This document shows, in pieces, positions 12,856 through 25,675 of a DNA stretch of 63,724 bases. The stretch comes from Octopus bimaculoides. Taxonomy: Eukaryota. Where the stretch lies: assembly GCF_001194135.2 (NCBI RefSeq), contig NC_069004.1, positions 8,006,594 through 8,070,317 of the forward strand, in the 5' to 3' direction. Under the pieces are notes generated by a model that saw only the letters and a list, made by a program, of their open reading frames with translations, did not search any database and had not been told where the DNA came from. The first letter of the stretch is position 1; each line of letters begins with the position of its first letter. Made by a program: the position numbers and the translations under genes.

Positions 12856-12915
12856 ACTTAAAGATAATATCAGTTCAACACCTTCAACGGCATGCTCTAT
12901 TTAAGCTATTTAAGA
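12856..12915 (-). pseudogene. trnF: NUMT: mitochondrial tRNA-Phe
   Basis: Reverse complement tcttaaatagcttaaatagagcatgccgttGAAggtgttgaactgatattatctttaagtga: acceptor cttaaa/tttaag, D-arm gcttaaatagagc, GAA anticodon, short T-arm gat-att-atc. Confidence 0.8.
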
Positions 12916-13370
12916 AATCATAATTGCAATGAAAATAATAATTATTTTGACATTGAATAAAATAAGTATTCATCATTGTTTTTAAAATATAATTTTCTTA
13001 ACTACTATAATTAATCTCTGCGTTCTTATAATTTCTAATAACTCTATATCAAGCAATTTTAAATTCATATTTCTAATAGTCTTCTGAACACTAAAAACAG
13101 ATAACTACTTAAAATAAGATAAAAATCAAATGCTATTATATCAATCTAAATATAGATTTTTCTTCCTCTTTCAGTCATATTCTAAACGCTAATAATAGAG
13201 AAAAACTAGTAATATCACAAGTACTTTTTATACCATCGGTAAAACAGTAATTTCATTCAAACAAAGTACCATGTTCTGCAATACAAACCTTCCAAATAAC
13301 GGCTGCAAAACACAAATGTATTATTGATATCGTTATAAACGCATCAGCCTCTCCTATGTTTTCATATACT
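12916..13370 (-). pseudogene. nad5: NUMT: nad5 3' part
   Basis: Hydrophobic, T-rich decayed frame including FVLQNMVLCLNEITVLPMV*KVLV, similar to the molluscan ND5 C-terminal region. It directly follows trnF, as in the F-nad5 gene order. Confidence 0.65.
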
Positions 13371-13524
13371 ATACTTTTAAACTATATCTTGCCACACTAT
13401 GTAAATAGATATACGAATATCTATGTAAATAGACATACGAAATGCCAGTAAGCCTTTTAGTCTGGCAAACGTTTCCACCAGCTCACCGCTGTGAAAGCGT
13501 AATGATTATTAACTTATAATATAA

Positions 13525-13860
13525 GGCGGCGAGTTGGCAGAAACGTTACACGCTGGGCGAAATGCTTAGCGGTATTTCGTCTGTCTTCACGTTCTGAGTT
13601 CAAATTCCGCGGAGGTCAACTTTGCCTTTCATCCTTTCGAGGTCGATAAATTAAGTACCAGTTGTTCACTGGGGTCGATCTAATTTATTTCAGCCCTCTC
13701 CAAAGATTTTGGGCCTTGTGCCTAGACTAGAAAAGAATATAGGGCGGCGAGCTGGTAGAATTGTTAGCATGCTAGACAAAATGCTAAGCGACATTTCGTC
13801 CACCTTACGTTCTGAGTTTAAATTCTGTCGAAGACGATTTTTGCCTTTCATCCTTTCGGA
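13525..13860 (+). mobile_element. Two tandem SINE family A copies between the nad5 and nad4 relics
   Basis: Heads at ~13525 (aaggcggcgagttggcagaa) and ~13742 (gggcggcgagctggtagaa). Confidence 0.8.
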
Positions 13861-14111
13861 AAAGTTACATCGCCTAACTGTTATCTTAACGAGTTGTGTC
13901 TATTTATCACCCGATGAGATACATCTGCACCGCCGGATGCTCCTGAACCAGTCGTTGAGTGTCCTACCCGTAAGGGATTGATAGGAAATGTGTCGAAACA
14001 ATTGTCGTGATTAATAATAAATTCTCGAATATTCCATCTTCTGTCTTTCATTTGCCATATATATGTATACATATACACAAATATGTGTATGTGTGTGAGC
14101 GTGTGTGTATA

Positions 14112-14146
<35 letters not shown>

Positions 14147-14159
14147 CAATTTGCCTCAA

Positions 14160-14620
14160 GAAATCAAGAAGTGGTGGAACTCACATAATATAAATACACA
14201 ACAAAGGTATCAATAAACTGATAATAGGGTTATAATTAATTATTCATCCACACAAAGAGAAGCTTCGTCCGTTAAGCATCTCATAAATTAAATTTCCATC
14301 ACAAAATAATGCTCGGGAATACAATCCATGGTGCAACATTATTAAGTCCCTCACAACCCACAATAATCCTCCTGCCAATCCTGCTAATATAATCCCTATG
14401 TGCCTAATAGAAAAATGAGCAGTTAATCTCATATCACTTAGCCATAAACAAATAATTGAAGACAACAACCTTTGCAAATAAATAACCATTATATTAAAAA
14501 CTTAAACATTTAAACAAACTCATAAAACTCATTACCCCACGTCCACCTATATTTTACTCTACTCAGACCACAATTATTGAACCTATAATACGAGCTTGTA
14601 CATGAGCCTTAGCTATCTTT
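14160..14620 (-). pseudogene. nad4: NUMT: nad4 central part
   Basis: AKAHVQARIMGSM..GG.G.M, then SSIICLWLSDM..TAHFSISHMGIMLAG...LMMLHHGLYSRALFCDGNLIYEMLNGRS...PP. These match ND4 motifs PKAHVEAP.AGSM, LKLGGYG, AYSSISHMG, HGLCSSALF. The listed ORF 14244..14489 is this relic. Confidence 0.88.
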
Positions 14621-15194
14621 TATATTTTTACTTGTTTCACAATGTGGCCATGCTGGAGAAATTCGAGTAGAACGAATCAACACCAGTATTTCATTTTTGC
14701 TTAAAGCTAAGTACTTATTCTATAAGCCCCATTTTGTCGAACCGCTAAGTTACGAGGAGGTAAACACACCAACACTGGTTGTCAATCTTTGGCGGGACAC
14801 ACACATACATACCTATCGTTGTTATTAGTGTCTTAAGTCCGAAACGTTGCTTTTTCAGGAAACGAAAAAATAGTTTCATTATTCCATTTCTTTTTACAGT
14901 TTTAGAAACGGTTTCAGGTTAACAGTAATTCTTCGCTGGGTGCACAAAATCGTAATTTCATGCATGCATAATATTTTCAGTCAGAAATATTTTTGCAAAA
15001 CTGTCGTATGTGGGGCTTAGTACACTTTTGAAAAATGCTAAACCGTTGTACTACACTTTAACAATTTTCATCATAAGCAGCTGGAGATACAACAGTTTGA
15101 CCAAAAGAACCGGATATTGCAAGCAAAATTAAATATTGAAACCAAAAACACATCTGGCCAAATTTAGACATACGATAGTTTAATATAATAGCAA

Positions 15195-15241
<47 letters not shown>

Positions 15242-15330
15242 TTATAGGGTAGCAAAAAAATTTTTAGAAATTTTATTTACCACCAGTGGTCTAGCGAGAG
15301 TAAAAAAACAGTCAATAGTCTATGTATTAT

Positions 15331-15669
15331 TCATTTAAAATGCAGAGATGCCTATAATAGGACGTCTACTCGCTAGAAATAGCAGCAAAAGACTACATAC
15401 CACAAAAATTAGGGATAATTTCGAAAGGAAATGAAAAATAAAAACTTTTACCAATCTATATTCTGTACCATGGTTTCAAGTCAATTTTAGTAAGATAAAG
15501 ATTATGGTACAGAATATAGATAAAGATTATGGTACAGAATATAGATTGGTAAAAGTTTTTATTTTTCATTTCCTTTCGAAATTATCCCTAATTTTTGTGG
15601 TATGTAGTCTTTTGATGCTATTTCTAGCGAGTAGACGTCCTATTATAGGCATCTCTGCATTTTAAATGA
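15331..15669. repeat. Near-perfect palindrome, 141-bp arms
   Basis: 15331-15471 versus 15529-15669, one mismatch seen. The loop contains a 25-bp tandem duplication. The right arm ends at an N-gap. Confidence 0.9.
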
Positions 15670-16499
15670 NNNNNNNNNNNNNNNNNNNNNNNNNNNNNNN
15701 NNNNNNNNNNNNNNNNNNNNNNNNNNNNNNNNNNNNNNNNNNNNNNNNNNNNNNNNNNNNNNNNNNNNNNNNNNNNNNNNNNNNNNNNNNNNNNNNNNNN
15801 NNNNNNNNNNNNNNNNNNNNNNNNNNNNNNNNNNNNNNNNNNNNNNNNNNNNNNNNNNNNNNNNNNNNNNNNNNNNNNNNNNNNNNNNNNNNNNNNNNNN
15901 NNNNNNNNNNNNNNNNNNNNNNNNNNNNNNNNNNNNNNNNNNNNNNNNNNNNNNNNNNNNNNNNNNNNNNNNNNNNNNNNNNNNNNNNNNNNNNNNNNNN
16001 NNNNNNNNNNNNNNNNNNNNNNNNNNNNNNNNNNNNNNNNNNNNNNNNNNNNNNNNNNNNNNNNNNNNNNNNNNNNNNNNNNNNNNNNNNNNNNNNNNNN
16101 NNNNNNNNNNNNNNNNNNNNNNNNNNNNNNNNNNNNNNNNNNNNNNNNNNNNNNNNNNNNNNNNNNNNNNNNNNNNNNNNNNNNNNNNNNNNNNNNNNNN
16201 NNNNNNNNNNNNNNNNNNNNNNNNNNNNNNNNNNNNNNNNNNNNNNNNNNNNNNNNNNNNNNNNNNNNNNNNNNNNNNNNNNNNNNNNNNNNNNNNNNNN
16301 NNCCAGGAAACATCGTCACCAGCTGGCTATACGACACACATTTGTGTTCTTATATTTTCAAACACGGAAGTTTAGTACCCCCGCTCACCACAAAGCAATA
16401 TCTGTGGACTACGGTTTCTGGGTTATTTCACTTCCTCGGCACTCACTAACTGCTTGTCTCAGATGGCGCTGCCAAATCGTGTGTATGTGTTTGCGTGTC

Positions 16500-16715
16500 T
16501 GTGTTTGTCCCCCCCCCCCAACATCACTTTACAACTGATGCTGATGTGTTTACGTCCCCCGTAACTTAGCAGTTCGGCAAAAGAGACCAATAGAATAAGT
16601 ACTAGGCTTACAAAGAATAAGTCCTGGGGTCGATTTGCTCGACTAAAGGCGGTGCTCCATCATGGCCGCAGTCAAATGACTGAAACAATTAAACGAGTAA
16701 AAGAGAGTAAAGAGT
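16500..16715 (-). mobile_element. Interspersed repeat family D (ggagcaccgcctttagtcgagcaaatcgaccccaggacttattctttgtaagcctag…)
   Basis: Closely similar copies at ~1315-1435(+), 14630-14800(+), 46310-46510(-). Confidence 0.8.
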
Positions 16716-18329
16716 ATAAAGAGAACCGGATAAAATGAACTCAATAAAGACCTGCAATAAAGAACCTCAACAGCAACAGCAACAATATTTGGAAATTGAA
16801 AAATAATGAACACAAGAAACAGAAGAAAATCAAAGAACACACATTGTTTATTTCCAAACAGCGAAATTATCAATGTCTTTTGGTGAAAATGGTAACAGGT
16901 TTCGGGTGGAATGGTTCCTGCTTCTCTTGTTTCAATCACAAACTGATATTTACAAATCTATATTGTTTAACACGTCTTAAATTGAAATCTTTCGCTACGT
17001 GTTTACAAAGCATTGCTATTCTCAGCACACACACACACACACGTATACATAGAGAATGCAAAGATATATATTTATACATGTATATATGTGTGTGTGTACA
17101 TACATATAAACATATATGTATGTATATGTGTGTATACATATTTATAGAGAGAGCGAGAAATAATATATACATAATTACATATATATNNNNNNNNNNNNNN
17201 NNNNNNNNNNNNNNNNNNNNNNNNNNNNNNNNNNNNNNNNNNNNNNNNNNNNNNNNNNNNNNNNNNNNNNNNNNNNNNNNNNNNNNNNNNNNNNNNNNNN
17301 NNNNNNNNNNNNNNNNNNNNNNNNNNNNNNNNNNNNNNNNNNNNNNNNNNNNNNNNNNNNNNNNNNNNNNNNNNNNNNNNNNNNNNNNNNNNNNNNNNNN
17401 NNNNNNNNNNNNNNNNNNNNNNNNNNNNNNNNNNNNNNNNNNNNNNNNNNNNNNNNNNNNNNNNNNNNNNNNNNNNNNNNNNNNNNNNNNNNNNNNNNNN
17501 NNNNNNNNNNNNNNNNNNNNNNNNNNNNNNNNNNNNNNNNNNNNNNNNNNNNNNNNNNNNNNNNNNNNNNNNNNNNNNNNNNNNNNNNNNNNNNNNNNNN
17601 NNNNNNNNNNNNNNNNNNNNNNNNNNNNNNNNNNNNNNNNNNNNNNNNNNNNNNNNNNNNNNNNNNNNNNNNNNNNNNNNNNNNNNNNNNNNNNNNNNNN
17701 NNNNNNNNNNNNNNNNNNNNNNNNNNNNNNNNNNNNNNNNNNNNNNNNNNNNNNNNNNNNNNNNNNNNNNNNNNNNNNNNNNNNNNNNNNNNNNNNNNNN
17801 NNNNNNNNNNNNNNNNNNNNNNNNNNNNNNNNNNNNNNNNNNNNNNNNNNNNNNNNNNNNNNNNNNNNNNNNNNNNNNNNNNNNNNNNNNNNNNNNNNNN
17901 NNNNNNNNNNNNNNNTATATATAAACACATATCTATATATATAAACACGTACGAACATTCATCATTTTGCAATTTCCCGAATCAAGGAGGACTCGATCAA
18001 GGCCAAAAGCAACGTCTTCTCACTCCTCTTTAGAACCTCGCCCATATGCAACCTTTGTGAAACAACACTCATATACATGCAGCATGAAATGGAGCTCAGA
18101 TCACACGTATATTTCAATAAGATTTATCTAGACACAGCTGTGCGCCTACTCTAAACTTTCCATAAGCGCACAGAAAACTTTTCTCCAACACAAGAAAGTT
18201 AACACGGATTCTACTAAGTCCGTTTTCTTTCTGCTTATCAGCAACATGAGAGGACATCAAATGAAACAAACCCTTCATTATAAGATATATATTCATACAA
18301 TACAGTGAGACAAACAGGCAGACAGATAG

Positions 18330-19080
18330 GCAGACAGATGTTGCTGTTGTTGGCACTCCGTCGCTTACGACGTCGAGGGTTCCAGTTGATCCAATCAACG
18401 GAACAGCCTGCTCGTGAAATTAACGTGCAAATAGCTGAGCACTCCACAGACATGTGTACCCTTAACGTAGTTCTCGGGGATATTCAGCGTGACACAGTGT
18501 GACAAGGCTGACCCTTTGAGTTACAGGCACAACAGAAATAGGTAGTAAGAGTGAGAGAAAGTTTTGGTGAAAGAGTACAGCAGGGTTCGCCACCATCCCA
18601 TGCCGGAGCCCCGAGGAACTTTAAGTGTTTTCGCTCAATAAACACTCACAACGCCCGGTCTGGGAATCGAAATCGCGATCCTACGACCGTGAATCCGCTG
18701 CCCTAACCACTGGGCCATTGCGCCTTCACTACACACTATTTATAGGAATTACATAAACATATTAAGTGGTTACGACGACGAGGGTTCCAATTGATCCAAT
18801 CAACGAAGCAGCGCGCTGGTAAAATTAACCTACAAGTGGCTGAGCATTCAATAGACACGTGTAACCATAACGTAGTTCTAAGGAAGATTCAGCGTGACAC
18901 AGATTGTGACAAGGCCGACCCTTTGAAATACACGTACAGCTCCGTTTTGCCAGCTGAGTGGACTGGAGCAACGTGAAATAAAGTGTCTTTCTTAAGGACA
19001 CAACGCGCCGCCGGAAATCGAACTCATGAGCTTATGATCATGAGCCGATTACTCCGATCACTAAGACACGCGCATTCACG
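18330..19080 (-). mobile_element. Two tandem copies of tRNA-type SINE family B
   Basis: Copies at ~18330-18735 and ~18765-19080 share gacacagtgtgacaagg, gttgatccaatcaacg and a tRNA-like head (gtgaaggcgc...ggttaggg...ttcgattccc on the minus strand). Other copies at ~1520-1606(-), 11900-11965(+), 19100-19170(+), 33070-33355(+), 44728-44870(+), 48530-48630(-). Confidence 0.8.
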
Positions 19081-20274
19081 CACACACACACACATACACG
19101 TACTCGTGTCCTTGAGCAAAAGACTATTTCAGGTTGGTCCAGCCCACTCAGCTGGCAAAACTGAGCTGTATATATATATATAAATATATATATANNNNNN
19201 NNNNNNNNNNNNNNNNNNNNNNNNNNNNNNNNNNNNNNNNNNNNNNNNNNNNNNNNNNNNNNNNNNNNNNNNNNNNNNNNNNNNNNNNNNNNNNNNNNNN
19301 NNNNNNNNNNNNNNNNNNNNNNNNNNNNNNNNNNNNNNNNNNNNNNNNNNNNNNNNNNNNNNNNNNNNNNNNNNNNNNNNNNNNNNNNNNNNNNNNNNNN
19401 NNNNNNNNNNNNNNNNNNNNNNNNNNNNNNNNNNNNNNNNNNNNNNNNNNNNNNNNNNNNNNNNNNNNNNNNNNNNNNNNNNNNNNNNNNNNNNNNNNNN
19501 NNNNNNNNNNNNNNNNNNNNNNNNNNNNNNNNNNNNNNNNNNNNNNNNNNNNNNNNNNNNNNNNNNNNNNNNNNNNNNNNNNNNNNNNNNNNNNNNNNNN
19601 NNNNNNNNNNNNNNNNNATATATATATATATTTATCTATATATATATATGGTAGTTAATTTATAATATATATATATATATGGTGGATTTCTACACAGTTT
19701 CCATGTGGAAAATTAACTCACAGACATTAAGGTATTGGTTTGCTCAGGGCTATGGTAGAAGACACTTGCCGAAGGTGCCGCGCAATGAGACTGAACCCCA
19801 AATCACATGGCTGCAAACCGAGCGTCTTAATCACGCTGCCATGACAGTGACTACTTGCAGACATTAACGCAACATCACACCAGTGAGTTTAGAACATCCT
19901 ATTAAAGGGAATGACTCGGTGTTGTTAATTAAAAAGTGGTTTGGTCAATGAACAAGACGCAATAAATTTCTATATTCGCTGATATTTTCTGGCACTAATT
20001 GGTGTTGATTTTACTCGAGAATAACGCCAACTGTAAAATTATTGTTGCTAAAAAATTGTGAACTAATTAATTTCTGGGTGATTAAAGTGTTCAAAAATAA
20101 TGGGCATCTTGTACTTCGATCTTAAATCTTCAAGATCCTTTTTTCTTTCTTCTAATTCCATTAAAACAAAGTGTGTTACAGAGAAAATTGCGTACACAAT
20201 AATTTGCTCGTAAATTCCTTTTCTTAACGGTTTGAAACAAACTATGTCAAACCTTATTGTCTTTAGAACACAGA

Positions 20275-20434
20275 TTGATAGAAGTTTTCCAATTGTGTAA
20301 GGAGTTTGCTTCATAACGACATGGTTCCAGGTTCAATCCCACTGCGTGGCACCTTGAGCAGCAGTTTTCTACAATAATTTCGGTGCGACCAAAGTCTTGT
20401 AAGTGGATTTGGTAGATGGAAACTGAAAGCCCGG

Positions 20435-20435
<1 letters not shown>
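20275..20435 (+). mobile_element. tRNA-type SINE family C (…acatggttccaggttcaatcccactgcgtggcacc…gtggatttggtagatggaaactgaaag, then (TG)n)
   Basis: Dispersed copies at ~19692-19845(-), 22525-22670(-), 24265-24420(+), 41226-41285(+), 58290-58455(-), 59245-59340(+). Confidence 0.8.
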
Positions 20436-20479
<44 letters not shown>

Positions 20480-20929
20480 NNNNNNNNNNNNNNNNNNNNN
20501 NNNNNNNNNNNNNNNNNNNNNNNNNNNNNNNNNNNNNNNNNNNNNNNNNNNNNNNNNNNNNNNNNNNNNNNNNNNNNNNNNNNNNNNNNNNNNNNNNNNN
20601 NNNNNNNNNNNNNNNNNNNNNNNNNNNNNNNNNNNNNNNNNNNNNNNNNNNNNNNNNNNNNNNNNNNNNNNNNNNNNNNNNNNNNNNNNNNNNNNNNNNN
20701 NNNNNNNNNNNNNNNNNNNNNNNNNNNNNNNNNNNNNNNNNNNNNNNNNNNNNNNNNNNNNNNNNNNNNNNNNNNNNNNNNNNNNNNNNNNNNNNNNNNN
20801 NNNNNNNNNNNNNNNNNNNNNNNNNNNNNNNNNNNNNNNNNNNNNNNNNNNNNNNNNNNNNNNNNNNNNNNNNNNNNNNNNNNNNNNNNNNNNNNNNNNN
20901 NNNNNNNNNNNNNNNNNNNNNNNNNNNNN

Positions 20930-21002
<73 letters not shown>

Positions 21003-22004
21003 TGCGCATATATCTGTCTCCCCACACCACTTGTTTCCACGTAACTTAGCAGGAAGATAAAACAAAACGATAAAATAAGGATGTACGGCTGTGTAATTTA
21101 CTAAAACTTGGCCGCAGTGCAATTATTGAGACAAGTAAAATATATAAGAATCTCAGAACAGAGCTCACTATAATTCCTGGAAGCAATGAATTAAAAACAA
21201 ACCCTCGATCCTTTTCGGCCCAGGGGTTATTCTTGAAGCCCTTCTGTTCAAGAACAAATCAATTTTCCAGAGATTCTAATTACACTTAAGTGAGAATCAA
21301 AAGAGGTGGTCAGATTGAAGAGACCATTGTTTCTGAATCACTGAAAATTTCTTTTATCAGTAAAATTTACTGATCTATGAGTAATGACCATTTTCAAATT
21401 CAGCTCAGCCGTCTTCCATTCGAATATTAATGACGTTGAGTTTTCCCTCTCAAATCATGCCAATGACCGAGTCGAAGTTTAGGCGACAAAACTTTTGGCA
21501 CCAAATGACAAATATTTTAAGTGAAGTTAACAGACATTATGTGTTTGTGAATGGATAATATCTTCCACACTGTTTTAGTTCAACAGTTCGTCTCAGAAGA
21601 AATCGCTTTCCCAGCAAGTATATATCTGAAATCTGTCAACATACTTTTCTCAATAAATGTACTTGTTCTCGATTCTCTCCGTTGTGGAAAAACATGCAAT
21701 TGTTGTTCTATTGTATCTTATTCAAAAGCAAAGAAGAGACCTTCCAGCAGCTGGAATAGATACAAATGTAAAGACAATCGTCAAATTTTATCATATGCTC
21801 TGCAACTTGTTTCTTAAATGCTGAGCAAATCCGTTTAGCTCTTTATGATATTTCATTTTTTCAACCAGGTTTTTACTTTATCACTCTGTCATTTTCATAA
21901 AATATGCTATTTCTAAACAACAAAAGCAGTATTCTTTAGACGACTTCGTAAGAGATGTTCGTGACAGTCATAGCTGAAATATATTGCCTAAAATATGTCG
22001 AAGC

Positions 22005-22052
<48 letters not shown>

Positions 22053-22468
22053 NNNNNNNNNNNNNNNNNNNNNNNNNNNNNNNNNNNNNNNNNNNNNNNN
22101 NNNNNNNNNNNNNNNNNNNNNNNNNNNNNNNNNNNNNNNNNNNNNNNNNNNNNNNNNNNNNNNNNNNNNNNNNNNNNNNNNNNNNNNNNNNNNNNNNNNN
22201 NNNNNNNNNNNNNNNNNNNNNNNNNNNNNNNNNNNNNNNNNNNNNNNNNNNNNNNNNAAGAAATGGAAAACAAAGTAATAAATTGAACAATTATAAATTC
22301 AATTCAATTTAAATATGTTATACAAACAAATGACACATCACATAGGTTACAGCTGTTTCCGCTTAATTAATAAAGCGAAGTTTTTCAAAAATAATCAAAT
22401 CCTTTTAAATATGTAATGATGCTTCTTCAGATAGATATATCTGCTGAAATATTTGACGAAAAACATCA

Positions 22469-22505
<37 letters not shown>

Positions 22506-23600
22506 ACAAGCTTCTTTGAGTATATATCTAGCAAATCTATTCAAAAGACTTTGGTCGACCTGAGGCTACAGTGGAAGATACTAACCTAGGGTGTCACGTA
22601 GTGACACTGATTCCGGAACCATGTAGTTGGGAAGCAAGCCTCTTACCACACACCTAAGCCGGTGCCTTCATATATATACATATTGTATTATTTTTTGAAA
22701 CACAATATATATTATCATACGTTTTTGTACGTCTCTACATACGTACAGTATATATGCATTTCCGTACACGGGTTATCGAAACAAAAATTCTATCTTTTTG
22801 AATTTAACAGTTACCGAAAACTTGACAGATATGTCAGCATTTTTTAAATAGAAAATTGAATATAGATGTAATTGTTTTAAAGAATCGATTTTGAAATTTA
22901 CAAAATAAATTTACTTAAAACTCATTAACAAACAAACAAACATTTTCTTATCAACTAACTTCAATGTCTTACATTCCGTTATTTTAATTCTCGATTTTCT
23001 TTTCCTTTTAGATTTTAAATCCATTATTTAAACAACAAAACATCCGTTCATGAAATCTGTGGAACTGATCAAACCTAGAATTATTGAGAACAATACCATT
23101 CAAAAATATTTCTTTTGCCATTTTTCTCTTTTTATTCGTCCATTTAAAGATGATTTGTATGCAAAATAATATTAAATTGTATATTGTATGAAAAATAAAA
23201 GCAAATCAGATATGATTTTTGTTTTTTTGCTTTCTTTTTTTAATTAATTTCGTATTCTAAGCTATCTTGCAGATATTCGCTTATTACGCATTTATCTCCT
23301 TAATGTTTGTATATACGTCATGTTAGTCGGCTGAAAGCTTTATCTCAATGTTTGTGCAATAAACAAGAACACACACAATCACAGAAATATTATACTCACA
23401 CACATATACATACACACACTGATAAACACGAACAAAAGATCATTTACCAGTCTTTAAGTGTTGCGTTTCTTGGAGGGTATTAGTTTCATTGTTTAATTTT
23501 TCCTTGTTTTGTGATTGTGAAATTCTTAGAATTCAGCAGTGAATTATCATAGGCGACAAATAATGTATAACGACAAGCAAAAGATATTTCATATATACGC

Positions 23601-23653
<53 letters not shown>

Positions 23654-24099
23654 CATATATATTACATATACACATACAGAGATGTATATATATATATATA
23701 TTACATATAAATATTCATATAGACACAAATATATAACATACACGTATATACATATATATACATACATGTTAATATATATATATATGTACATATACATAAA
23801 TATATAAATATATACATACATGTTAATATATTTATTGCATATATATATATATATATATACATATATATATGTATAATATATATATATGTATAATATATNN
23901 NNNNNNNNNNNNNNNNNNNNNNNNNNNNNNNNNNNNNNNNNNNNNNNNNNNNNNNNNNNNNNNNNNNNNNNNNNNNNNNNNNNNNNNNNNNNNNNNNNNN
24001 NNNNNNNNNNNNNNNNNNNNNNNATATTAATATATATAATGTAATCCATATAAAAACAGATAACTGATTTAAACGTATATACATATGTACACACACACA

Positions 24100-24146
<47 letters not shown>

Positions 24147-24675
24147 GTATTGATATGTGTATGTGTGTTTGACAAATGAATGACTTTGTTCAAAATGAAA
24201 CGAATATAATTTTATCGATTTTGCTTATAACAAACTATAATTTTTACTTCTAATGACCGTAGCAGGCATGGTTGTGTGGTTAAGAAGTTCTCTCCACAGC
24301 CCCGTGATGCCAGATTCATTCTGCTGCATGCACCATTGGCATATGTTACATATCATAGCCCCCCAAACATACCAATGCATTAGCAGTGAATTTGTGACGC
24401 AAAAACTGTTCCCGAAAAGCGATTTCTAGAATACGTGCCATGTTTTAAAAAGAAATATTTACTGATATCATTTTCTTCGTCTTAACCTCCAGAGTGGTGC
24501 TACAGAATGGTCGCAGTCCAATTACTGAAACAATTAAAAGGAGAATAGTAAGTGATGGGTGCATTCAACATTAGATATTTTAGTTATGAAACATTGTGAG
24601 CTAAAAGGGAAACTAACTCTTGTGTGGTTGTACGTAACATAAAAATATATCATTATTAAGGGTAATTTTAATTAC

Positions 24676-24756
24676 TTTGCTTGCGGGAAGGTCTGCTCCA
24701 ACGAAGTCACGTATTGTCCTTGCCTTCGAAACGCAGAGTAGATGGAGCAGGGACAA
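24676..24756 (-). other. Candidate internal exon (81 nt)
   Basis: ttactcttcttcag | exon | gtaatt. GC-richer island with two open frames. No homology recognised. Confidence 0.25.
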
Positions 24757-25020
24757 CTGAAGAAGAGTAATAGTCTTTATGTTGATTGTCTCGTTCCTCT
24801 GTTTGTGTTTTTCGTTGTTCAAAAAAAGTTCGTTTTCTGTCTTCGTCTTTATGTTTTCGTTTCGCATTGTGTTTAACGTTCTTTGTGATGTCCTGTACCC
24901 ATTTATGCTTGTATGTATACATATTTACATATATGTAAGGATATATGCATATAATTATATATTATTTATGTTATTATATGATCGAACGCCACGCATTGCT
25001 TCCAAGTAAGTTTTATCTTA

Positions 25021-25053
<33 letters not shown>

Positions 25054-25626
25054 TAAACTACAATATATACATGTATATATAAACTACAATATATACATAT
25101 ATCATGTATATATAAAATATCTAATATACAAATAGTATTATATATTATATACATGTATATATTACATGTACATGTGTGTATATATATATTGTACGCATAT
25201 ATGTGTAGACACACATATGTAAACACATATCGTTTAATGTACATATAACAAAATCGTACATTTTGACTAACAACTTTACTATTGTGTAAACAAAATGCGA
25301 TTTATATTCAAATCAAAAGGCTATTATACAAATGCATTCGTTGATAATTTTAATGTAGAGTAACACTTCTAAAAGAGTTTAAAAAGTGGCTGTCTTATCA
25401 CCAACTTCTAGTTCAACAGACATTACTTTAGGAAAGGAATTAATATGAATTTTAGTAAGTTTTCTCGGAAATACTAGAATTTTTTTCTTTTTCTTTTCTG
25501 TTGCCATGTTGCTTATACTTCATACATAGTTTTTGATTTCATAAGGATACTTATGAAATGTTCAAAATCAACTTAAGGTGCTGTATTTCTTTGCCGTAGA
25601 TAGTTGTCGTATCTTTAATATATTTC

Positions 25627-25675
<49 letters not shown>

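Noticed and set aside
20063-20200. Coiled-coil-like peptide ELEERKKDLEDLRSKYK
   Set aside because: Short, with no convincing donor site and no recognised family; may be a TE fragment or chance.
21300-21960. Possible decayed hAT (TTF zinc finger-like EYCFCC) fragment on the minus strand
   Set aside because: Only one short motif among many stops; cannot be supported without a search.
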